From: a virus
Taxonomy: Duplodnaviria > Caudoviricetes
IMG/VR virus record: IMGVR_UViG_3300033153_012783
Location: 1 to 51,191 of that record
DNA length: 51,191 nucleotides
Direction: 5' to 3' (one strand)
The position numbers were made by a program, and so were the translations under genes. Below are positions 38,000-45,177 of this stretch, piece by piece. The stretch's first letter is position 1. Each line of letters opens with the position of its first letter. The notes under the pieces are model-generated. The model searched no databases and was not told the DNA's origin. It saw nothing but the letters and a program-made list of their open reading frames with translations.

Positions 38000-38029
38000 G
38001 GGGCGGCGGGAGGGATGGCCTGCCGCCCC
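38000..38029 (+). promoter_or_regulatory. GC-rich hairpin with GGA-containing loop
   Basis: GGGGCGGCGGG-AGGGATGG-CCTGCCGCCCC. Confidence 0.5.
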
Positions 38030-38102
38030 TATTCGCCTAGCCAGTACCGAAACCAGCCGTGGATGGCGAACAGCCGAAGAGTATCATAAGAAAAGGGATA
38101 TC

Positions 38103-38267
38103 ATGAAACATTTGACGCTGGAACAATTAAACCGAAAACAGGAAATTGCCCGCAAATCTTACCATAGGCGAAAAAACAGGCCGGTTTTGACACTACAGCA
38201 ATATGCGTGGCCAGCCGGTAAAACAATCGCGTGGATGGCCTTGTCAATGCCTTGGAGGCGGTGTTAA
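38103..38267 (+). CDS. Small basic protein (54 aa; not in ORF track)
   Basis: AAGGGA RBS; MKHLTLEQLNRKQEIARKSYHRRK... Confidence 0.55.
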   Translation: MKHLTLEQLNRKQEIARKSYHRRKNRPVLTLQQYAWPAGKTIAWMALSMPWRRC

Positions 38268-38274
38268 TGTTCGT

Positions 38275-38370
38275 TGTGTCGGCTCACCTTAGATTGATCC
38301 CTGGGGGACAGCCGAAACCTAACCACGGTTGCCGACACACTTTTTTATTGGTTAGCGTGCTGGGTTAGGA
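38275..38370 (+). promoter_or_regulatory. Structured leader/attenuator of the replication initiator gene
   Basis: TGTGTCGGC/GCCGACACA stem plus T6; internal CCTAACC complementary to two downstream GGTTAG sites. Confidence 0.55.
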
Positions 38371-38381
38371 AAAATAATAAA

Positions 38382-39110
38382 ATGGCCAGATCGAGAAATA
38401 TCAAACCTGGATTCTTCCATAACGAAGATTTGGTTGAGCTTCCTTACGAATATCGCCTTCTTTTTATCGGTTTATGGTGCATGGCCGACAGAGAAGGCAG
38501 ACTCGAAAATCGCCCGAAAAAGATAAAAATGCAGATTTTCCCAGCCGATGACCTAGACATGCCCGAGGCAATACTAGGGCTTTCACTCGCCAAACTAATA
38601 ACGCTATATACCATTGATAGTATTGATTATATCTATATAGATAACTTCTTAAAGCATCAGCATCCTCACCATAAAGAGACGAAAAGTGTGATTCCGCCGC
38701 CCAACACCGAGGCAAGCCCAGTAAAGGCAAGTGCTGACCCGTCTGATTCCCTATTACCTATTACTGATTCCCTTAACCCTATAAAGCAAAAAAAAGAGTC
38801 TCCCAAAAAACCATTTGTTTTGCCAGGTTGGGTGAACATGAAATCATGGGATGAGTTTGAACAACATCGGCGTGATATTAAAAAGCCGCTGACAGATTTG
38901 GCACGCAAAAAGAATCTAACCATCTTGGAAAAACACAAAGACCGTCAAGCGATGATCATCAATAACACCATCGCAAACCGTTGGACGGGATTGTTTGAAC
39001 CTAAAGGCGGCTTTCAGGGAAACAAACGAACCAATTTTGATGACGCCCATGAGAATTTGAGGCGACAGGCCAACGGCACCGATAACAAAGGGATCGGATC
39101 TGATGGATGA
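38382..39110 (+). CDS. Replication initiator protein
   Basis: MARSRNIKPGFF.NEDL, ADREGRL, NFLKHQ; C-terminal W.EF..HR...KKPLT...NRWTGLF. Confidence 0.88.
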   Translation: MARSRNIKPGFFHNEDLVELPYEYRLLFIGLWCMADREGRLENRPKKIKMQIFPADDLDMPEAILGLSLAKLITLYTIDSIDYIYIDNFLKHQHPHHKETKSVIPPPNTEASPVKASADPSDSLLPITDSLNPIKQKKESPKKPFVLPGWVNMKSWDEFEQHRRDIKKPLTDLARKKNLTILEKHKDRQAMIINNTIANRWTGLFEPKGGFQGNKRTNFDDAHENLRRQANGTDNKGIGSDG

Positions 39111-39447
39111 ATGGCAAGAAAAACACTTCGCTCATTTTTGGGCGCGGATGTTGGGAATTTATGGCAAACGCTGGATTGATGATCACGGATCAGAAGCAAA
39201 CCCAAGCTGGCGCGATGTGCTGAAAACCATGTCATTCAAAAAAGCAGCGGCCACAATTGATGTTTGTTTAAATTCTAATGATGCGCACCCGATCACCCTG
39301 TCACAGTTCGTCTACAGGGCTCGAAATGTAAGAATACAGCCTGATCGGCCAATTTTGAGCCTGTCACCACCAATCAGCAAAGAACAACAATTGATCAATA
39401 TTCGCAAGGTCAAAGAAATGATCAAATCAACGGGAATTACAAAATGA
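39103..39447 (+). CDS. Replication protein P-like/loader-like
   Basis: FWARM..IYG.RW, P.TLSQF; follows the initiator gene. Confidence 0.65.
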   Translation: MDEWQEKHFAHFWARMLGIYGKRWIDDHGSEANPSWRDVLKTMSFKKAAATIDVCLNSNDAHPITLSQFVYRARNVRIQPDRPILSLSPPISKEQQLINIRKVKEMIKSTGITK

Positions 39448-39677
39448 GCCAAGTAATATTCAGAGGATTACAAGAAACCGCATCAGTCAGAGGGATCATG
39501 CGCATGGCACTTGAAAACAGGATTGTAATGGCCGTATACCGTTACAAATTAATTGATGGCACCGGCGGCACATACCGATCAAGCGCCCCAACGATTTACC
39601 AGGCTACCAGGGAATTGAAAACTAAATATGGCAATCGTCTGGATAAAACCAGCATTGAAAGGGTCATGGCATCATGA
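39444..39677 (+). CDS. Hypothetical protein
   Basis: ATGA-coupled on both sides. Confidence 0.7.
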   Translation: MSQVIFRGLQETASVRGIMRMALENRIVMAVYRYKLIDGTGGTYRSSAPTIYQATRELKTKYGNRLDKTSIERVMAS

Positions 39678-40138
39678 GCGCAATACCACGCCAAAGGCGA
39701 AACGGCCAACGCCGCTGGACATCCAAAACCGATTCATTTCAATCAGCCATCAAAGTCTGGGCCTGTAAAAGCTGCGTTACCTGGCACGAGAGAAAAAAGC
39801 CAACCCATTGTCAGAGTTGCGGATTCACTGATTTTTATTATTTCGCCAGCAAGTTTGAGGCTGTTCGATTCGGTGAATTAAAATTGCAGCAAACCATTGG
39901 CCATATTACTGACCTGCAGACCCAGGTGACATTTCCTATCAAGGTCAATGGTGTGCATATCTGCAAATATGTGGCTGATTTCACATACAAGAATCTGGCC
40001 GGTGATCTGGTTGTTGAGGATACCAAGGGCCACGAAAAAGCTGTTACCGATGTTTTCAAATTGAAGCGCAAATTGGTCGGGGCGGTTCATGGTGTTGATA
40101 TAAAACCGATCTATCAATCAACTAGCAGGAGAAAATAA
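39674..40138 (+). CDS. DUF1064-family PD-(D/E)xK nuclease with Zn ribbon
   Basis: FASKFEA, YVADFTY, VVEDTKG, FKLKRKL; two CxxC pairs. Confidence 0.88.
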   Translation: MSAIPRQRRNGQRRWTSKTDSFQSAIKVWACKSCVTWHERKKPTHCQSCGFTDFYYFASKFEAVRFGELKLQQTIGHITDLQTQVTFPIKVNGVHICKYVADFTYKNLAGDLVVEDTKGHEKAVTDVFKLKRKLVGAVHGVDIKPIYQSTSRRK

Positions 40139-40140
40139 TC

Positions 40141-40530
40141 ATGGGCGAACCAGAAAAAGCACTGGACGGTACCGTTGGTGGTGCGCTGGACCAGGGCGGC
40201 GCAAAGAAAGACGAAGCCTCAAACGAGGATCAAAAACCTACCCGGGAAGAACAACTGCGAGAAAATGACATAGAAAATCTCGTAAAAGAAGGGCAGGAGG
40301 CTGTCGCTCAAATCAACGAGCTCAACAAGGAATCTGCCGTAATTAATGCCAAGAAAAAGGAAGTTCGGGAACGTATGGAAGCCAAAGGCATTAATCGTCA
40401 TGCGCTGGCAGGCGCTGTCAAGGTTTCCAATATGAGCGAGGATGCGCTGGATGGCTATGATCTTTCCAATATGATCTTGCGCAAAGGTATTGGTAAGCCG
40501 ATCCAGACCGAGCTATTTGCTGTTAAATAA
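40141..40530 (+). CDS. GapR/DUF2312-like DNA-binding protein
   Basis: INELNKE...KKEV...MEAKGIN..AL..AVK pattern. Confidence 0.6.
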   Translation: MGEPEKALDGTVGGALDQGGAKKDEASNEDQKPTREEQLRENDIENLVKEGQEAVAQINELNKESAVINAKKKEVRERMEAKGINRHALAGAVKVSNMSEDALDGYDLSNMILRKGIGKPIQTELFAVK

Positions 40531-40683
40531 TTGAACCTGCCAAGGAAGGCGGTTGAGGAATGATTATGACTATCAGGAATACCGGAGCCCTTTACACTGT
40601 TGCCGTGTTTATGGGTTATGACAGAATCAGCGAGTCATGGTTGGCGAGGGGATTAGCTGCAGCCAGGATGTGTGATCGGTTTA

Positions 40684-40824
40684 ATGCTCGGTGAATTCAA
40701 ATGCCTGCGGTGCGCACATGAATTTAATGCCACACCCAGCTCACATCTCGTTTGCCCTGGCTGCGGCCACCTATACCTGAAATGGCTCAATTACGAAGAA
40801 ATGAAAAAGAGAAACTTCAAATGA
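40684..40824 (+). CDS. Small Zn-ribbon protein (46 aa; not in ORF track)
   Basis: FKCLRCAHEF...CPGCG. Confidence 0.65.
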   Translation: MLGEFKCLRCAHEFNATPSSHLVCPGCGHLYLKWLNYEEMKKRNFK

Positions 40825-41057
40825 GTGGAAAAAAAGACAAAGAATCCAGGCGGTTAACTAAATCCGTCGATGAGAAGATGAAAAAGCATCTCAAGAGCCT
40901 TGAAGGTGCTAAAAAGATCGACCATGCCGAAGTGATCGCAACCTATAATCACTATCTGAGAACCATGCCATTTAGAAAGAAATGGTCATTCGCAATGTCA
41001 TTATTATTTTCTGGGATTAAACAAAGATGCTTGAATATTATACTATTTTGGAAATAG
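40821..41057 (+). CDS. Hypothetical protein
   Basis: Likely start MSGKK, ATGA-coupled to the Zn-ribbon gene. Confidence 0.6.
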   Translation: MSGKKDKESRRLTKSVDEKMKKHLKSLEGAKKIDHAEVIATYNHYLRTMPFRKKWSFAMSLLFSGIKQRCLNIILFWK

Positions 41058-41614
41058 CGCAGGATGCGTCTCAGGGCCAGATAAAGGCCGCCTGGCGTGC
41101 AAAAGCAAACAAACTGCATCCGGACAAAAATCCAGATGATGAAGAGGCTGCTGAACTTTTTAAATCCGCCCGGCATGCTTATAACATCCTGATCGATCCC
41201 ATAACCCGCAAAATATATGACTCTGAAGGTAATGTTGAGGACGATCCGCTATTTCTCGATGCTATTAAAAAGATCACTGAGGCCATCATCGGGATAATTG
41301 AGACTACTCAGGACGTAGAAAACCATGACCTGTTAGCCTTGCTGCAGATGAATATCGGCAATTACATCAACAGCAATGAGCAAACGAAAGCAGATTTGAT
41401 CATAAGCCGCAGAAAATATGAAAAAGTGAGTAAGAAATTTATCAAGCGGCGCGGTGGTTTCAATATTTTTACCACAGCCATCCAGGCGAAGATGGCCTGG
41501 TATGATAAAACCATTGTTGAGATTGATCACAATATCGCCGTCGCTGAAAAAATGCTGGATATAACCAAGGAATATAATTATCAGCAGATGCTTTATTTTG
41601 TTAACTACCATTAA
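41027..41614 (+). CDS. N-terminal J-domain (DnaJ-like) protein
   Basis: YYTILEI...IKAAWR...LHPDKNP...AY.IL.DP..R..YD. Confidence 0.9.
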   Translation: MLEYYTILEIAQDASQGQIKAAWRAKANKLHPDKNPDDEEAAELFKSARHAYNILIDPITRKIYDSEGNVEDDPLFLDAIKKITEAIIGIIETTQDVENHDLLALLQMNIGNYINSNEQTKADLIISRRKYEKVSKKFIKRRGGFNIFTTAIQAKMAWYDKTIVEIDHNIAVAEKMLDITKEYNYQQMLYFVNYH

Positions 41615-41625
41615 AAGGGATAAAA

Positions 41626-41844
41626 ATGGGAAAACGATATCTGTATCACAAGCGCGGAAAAACTCAGTGCGGCGGAAAAGCTTTGGTTTATTTACCAGAA
41701 ACTGACCCCGATTTTGGTGTATTGGTATCGGCCAATGATTTTGAGCACCTGGATGGCAGATCATCCCATGTAGGCGAACTGATGGTCTGCGGCACGTGCG
41801 GGAGACGAATGGATCTTTCCTGCATTGAGGATATCGCTCCATGA
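41626..41844 (+). CDS. Hypothetical Zn-binding protein
   Basis: H....CGG and CGTCG; RBS. Confidence 0.7.
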   Translation: MGKRYLYHKRGKTQCGGKALVYLPETDPDFGVLVSANDFEHLDGRSSHVGELMVCGTCGRRMDLSCIEDIAP

Positions 41845-42029
41845 AAATATTAATTGTGGCGCTGTATCTCTTGACGCAATTCACGTTAGTTATGATTATT
41901 GTTGGTTTGAAATTAAAGACCAATATTACAGAATTTGACGGCTATGTAGTCGGATTTTTCATTGTTAATTATGGTTTTTTAATGGGCTTAAGTGATTATT
42001 TTCGTCGGAAATATTGGCCTGGAAAATGA
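41841..42029 (+). CDS. Small two-TM membrane protein
   Basis: Two hydrophobic segments; coupled on both sides. Confidence 0.65.
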   Translation: MKILIVALYLLTQFTLVMIIVGLKLKTNITEFDGYVVGFFIVNYGFLMGLSDYFRRKYWPGK

Positions 42030-42277
42030 TAAATTACTGCTCCGTTTGTGATGGTATTGGCCACGTTAAGGACATGAATGTGCCTTGGTGGAATTTCTGG
42101 AAACGAGCAACATGCTATGAATGCGGCGGATCAGGTTATCAAAATCCCCCATATGAAAATCCGAAAGACAGGCCAAAGCCACCACCCGCGCCGCCGAAGA
42201 ATAATTATATTTGCAGAAATTGTGGCCACGGTAGAGACATTATTAATTTATCAAAATGGACAGGTGGCCCATTATAA
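42026..42277 (+). CDS. CxxCxGxG (DnaJ-type) Zn-finger protein
   Basis: CSVCDGIG, CYECGGSG, CRNCG. Confidence 0.7.
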   Translation: MINYCSVCDGIGHVKDMNVPWWNFWKRATCYECGGSGYQNPPYENPKDRPKPPPAPPKNNYICRNCGHGRDIINLSKWTGGPL

Positions 42278-42412
42278 GTTTATGGACACGGATCCTAACC
42301 CGATCACGTAAAAGGAAAATGCTCAGTCAGGGGCTCAACGAGATATTGGCGTGTTTCAACCCTAACAAGAGCATCCCGTCCGCCATTTTATAATTTGATG
42401 AGGGATATATTG

Positions 42413-42565
42413 ATGGAATTAAGCAACTGTTGCGATGCTCCAAGATGGATGGATTTAGAATCTGACATTTGCTCTGATTGCAAAGAGCATGCTGATTTTT
42501 ACGATGAGGGTGATGAGTCTCTCGAAGATGGCCAAAATCAAAGTGGGGCAAATAAAACCGATTAA
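42413..42565 (+). CDS. Small Cys-rich protein (50 aa; not in ORF track)
   Basis: MELSNCCDAP...ICSDCKEHA; GAGGG RBS. Confidence 0.65.
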   Translation: MELSNCCDAPRWMDLESDICSDCKEHADFYDEGDESLEDGQNQSGANKTD

Positions 42566-42584
42566 TAAAAAACAAGGAAAGATA

Positions 42585-43310
42585 ATGACTACGCACTTGG
42601 TAGCTCTATCAGGCGGTAAGGACTCAACGGCAATGGCTATGCGGCTCGCTGAAATAGAGCCGAGAGATTATATCTATTTCTGCACACCCACTGGCGACGA
42701 ACTGCCTGAAATGATTGAGCACTGGAATAACCTCGAATGCATCCTTGGCAAGCCGATCATCAAATTAAAAGCGAAACTTGATCTGCATGGATTAATTGCT
42801 GAATTTTCAGCATTACCAAATCATAGGCAGCGATGGTGTACCAGGATGCTAAAAATTGAAGTGGCAAAAGCATTCTATTTAAAGAATTCACCGGCGATCG
42901 CTTATGTAGGCTTGAGGGCGGATGAAGAAGATCGAAAAGGTGGCATATATGGTGATATTGTCGATCAGAAATATCCAATGCGTGAATGGGGTTGGGATAT
43001 AAATGACGTCAAAAACTATCTGTATGAGAAGAATGTACAGATCCCAGAAAGGACGGATTGTGCGCAATGTTATGAACAAAGGCTGGGCGAATGGTGGGAT
43101 TTATGGAAAATTCATCCTGAATTATATGCAAATGCAGAAGCTCAAGAAGAAAAATATGGCCATACATTTCGAAGTGATACCAGAGATACTTGGCCAGCAA
43201 GCCTTAAATTAATGCGCGCTAGATTCGAATGTGGTGAAATACCAAGAGGATCCAGGAATCAAGAGGATTTGTTTGGCTATAATTCGAGATGCAGAGCATG
43301 TTCTTTATAA
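42585..43310 (+). CDS. PAPS-reductase-family (PP-loop) protein
   Basis: VALSGGKDSTAM, RWCTRMLK, VGLRADE..R; start moved to MTTHLV after AAGGA. Confidence 0.88.
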   Translation: MTTHLVALSGGKDSTAMAMRLAEIEPRDYIYFCTPTGDELPEMIEHWNNLECILGKPIIKLKAKLDLHGLIAEFSALPNHRQRWCTRMLKIEVAKAFYLKNSPAIAYVGLRADEEDRKGGIYGDIVDQKYPMREWGWDINDVKNYLYEKNVQIPERTDCAQCYEQRLGEWWDLWKIHPELYANAEAQEEKYGHTFRSDTRDTWPASLKLMRARFECGEIPRGSRNQEDLFGYNSRCRACSL

Positions 43311-43327
43311 TTTAATTGGAGATAATT

Positions 43328-43681
43328 ATGGAAACGAAAGGCACAGCATTAGCAAGAATTTTAAATTCTGAAATTGATGGTCAAGTTGATGATAATACGT
43401 CGAGAGGCGATGTTATCGCCAGGATGGCAAGGGCAGCCGGAATATCGGCATCAACTGTTGGACAAATATTGGGTGAAGATGTCAACTGCCCACCACTTAA
43501 TAGGCTCGAAGGATTCGCAGAAGTTCTCGGGATTTCAATGTCACGCTTAAGATCAGCTGCCGAATCAGATGGTTGCGAATATGTTGAAGAAAGCGGCAAT
43601 GCGAAGTGTGCCGTTTTAAATCTCGAGTCGAAAATTATAAACGATTTGAATGAAATGACAGAATCGATAAAAAACAATTAG
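43328..43681 (+). CDS. XRE-like HTH protein with protease-like C-terminal helix
   Basis: MARAAGISASTVGQIL...P.L..L...A.VLGIS; GGAG RBS before METK. Confidence 0.8.
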   Translation: METKGTALARILNSEIDGQVDDNTSRGDVIARMARAAGISASTVGQILGEDVNCPPLNRLEGFAEVLGISMSRLRSAAESDGCEYVEESGNAKCAVLNLESKIINDLNEMTESIKNN

Positions 43682-43685
43682 ATAA

Positions 43686-43699
43686 GTTTCACGTGAAAC
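43686..43699. promoter_or_regulatory. parS-like palindrome
   Basis: GTTTCACGTGAAAC; 14/16 match to the consensus TGTTTCACGTGAAACA. Confidence 0.7.
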
Positions 43700-43710
43700 C
43701 ATAAGGCAAG

Positions 43711-43751
43711 AAAAAGCCGCTTGACCGGGGGAGACCAAGCGGCTATCTTTT
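43711..43751. terminator. Rho-independent terminator, strongest on the minus strand and possibly bidirectional
   Basis: AAAA-AGCCGCTTG...CAAGCGGCT-ATCTTTT. Confidence 0.75.
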
Positions 43752-43815
43752 ACAGCCTGTTCAGCAGAGTTTGCGCTCTCTGAACTCGAAGGGCTTCAAG
43801 GGGCCGATCGCGTTA
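43711..43815 (-). ncRNA. Candidate ~105-nt small RNA
   Basis: Lies between a minus-strand promoter and terminator; internal GTTCAG/CTGAAC hairpin; no ORF. Confidence 0.5.
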
Positions 43816-43821
43816 ACCCGC

Positions 43822-43849
43822 ATTATAGTAATCTCCCCAATGAAATCAA
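43822..43849 (-). promoter_or_regulatory. Sigma70-like promoter on the minus strand
   Basis: TTGATT-N16-TATAAT. Confidence 0.55.
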
Positions 43850-43850
43850 G

Positions 43851-44200
43851 CCCTTCCGGTATTTATCGGGACGGGGCCAACCACCAGCCGATTTAAGCCG
43901 TGATATTGATCCTACTGGGTTACTCAAAGGATCAGCGTGGGCGTAAAACCTAGAGCGCGAGGGGTGGAAGGTCACAAACTTCCTAATAGTCTGGGTAAAG
44001 TCCGGCCATCGTGACAGGTGCCTGACCCGTATAACAACTGTGATTCTGAGAGTCATGATACGGATAAAGCGCGACACTTGAGATTAAGTTCTTAGGGTGG
44101 CGTATTTCCGGACCCAAGCTGCTCAAACTGAACGTCATATAATTAACCAAACAACCTAAATTTAGCTGATCGCCTAACAGCACCTAAATACCGAAAAGGG
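43851..44200 (+). ncRNA. Candidate ~350-nt multi-stem structured RNA, family unrecognised
   Basis: Long-range closing stem plus at least five nested helices; G-U pairs favour the plus strand; no credible ORF. Confidence 0.55.
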
Positions 44201-44204
44201 ATAA

Positions 44205-44672
44205 GTGATGGAATATTACACAAGCGATATGATTGGAAGTGGGCAACACGGGATTTGTGCCAAATGCAAGAAAGAGCCAACCAAAGAAGGTCATGATGGT
44301 TGTTTAGGCACCCTGCCAGGTGTAATGAATGCCTGTTGTGGTCATGGGCAAGCGAATCAAGCGTATGTTCAATTTTGGGACAGAATTTGTATCCGTGGTC
44401 GCTCTGCAATCATAATTATGACGGAATTAAAAAATTCAAAGCCAGATTTTACAGCCGGCATAGGTGCAGAAATGACGATTGTTGATCCAGCCGCACTTGA
44501 AATCATCAAGAATAAAGCCATGATCAGCCTATATCCATGGATCGGTAAGGGCCCAATAATATTCAACGGTAAAACCATTGGATATTCAGATGGTAAGGGA
44601 ACGATAAAATGGGAAAATATTAAATATACTCCAGGAAAATCAGAACTGGTTAATGTCATGCCAACCGCTTGA
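44205..44672 (+). CDS. Cys-rich hypothetical protein
   Basis: CAKC...GHDGCLGTLPGVMNACCGHG. Confidence 0.75.
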   Translation: MMEYYTSDMIGSGQHGICAKCKKEPTKEGHDGCLGTLPGVMNACCGHGQANQAYVQFWDRICIRGRSAIIIMTELKNSKPDFTAGIGAEMTIVDPAALEIIKNKAMISLYPWIGKGPIIFNGKTIGYSDGKGTIKWENIKYTPGKSELVNVMPTA

Positions 44673-44748
44673 AATAGCAGAAGAATATTAATCTGTGCTA
44701 TAAATACAATATTGACATATTAGTAACCGGACAAATGAGTCAAATATT

Positions 44749-45177
44749 GTGGCCAAACAAAACAAAACATCGAAAGCAAAAGCTGGGAAGCAAGAGAAGC
44801 AGGAAAAGGCTCTCAAACTCAGGATTGAAGGAAATTCATATCGTGCAATAGCAAAAAAAATGGGATGCAGCAGAACACAGGCTCATACCTATGTTGTTGA
44901 AGCGCTTAAAGAAAGTACCTCAAGGATTGCTAAAAATGCTGATGATCTGCGCGATCTTGAGTTGGAACGACTTGATACTCTAATTAAGGGTTTGTATCCA
45001 AAAGCAAAAAAAGGCGATCCGCAGGCTGTTGATAAAATTCTAAAAGTAATGGATCAGCGCCAGAAGCTGACCGGCATTCAGGCCGCTCCGCAGGTACTGG
45101 GTGAAATCATCGCTGAGACTGGATCCGTTGATAAACCAAGCCTGAGAGTCCGTGTTACCTATGTTAAACCAGAGTGA
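44749..45177 (+). CDS. terS: Terminase small subunit (HTH type)
   Basis: ALKLRIEG.SYRAIA..MG.S; ELERLD.L; directly upstream of terL. Confidence 0.8.
   Translation: MAKQNKTSKAKAGKQEKQEKALKLRIEGNSYRAIAKKMGCSRTQAHTYVVEALKESTSRIAKNADDLRDLELERLDTLIKGLYPKAKKGDPQAVDKILKVMDQRQKLTGIQAAPQVLGEIIAETGSVDKPSLRVRVTYVKPE

Noticed and set aside
38700-38775. Iteron origin in the initiator gene (AGGCAAG x2, CTGATTCCCT x2)
   Set aside because: Only two short copies of each, explainable by the encoded peptide; too weak to call.
42295-42367. Telomerase-template-like CTAACCC/AACCCTAAC
   Set aside because: No reverse transcriptase or telomeric repeats; a short match expected by chance.
43870-43890. tmRNA start or end (GGGGCC...ACCA)
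   Set aside because: No T-arm and no tag reading frame seen.
43960-44010. RNase P RNA or group I intron (AAAGTCCGG, GGGTGGAAGG, ATAGTC)
   Set aside because: Motifs are in the wrong order and their partner elements (3' P4 strand, R element) are not seen.
43823-44183. Minus-strand ORFs of 84 and 66 aa
   Set aside because: No RBS or protein-like motifs; they oppose the local gene direction and overlap the structured region.
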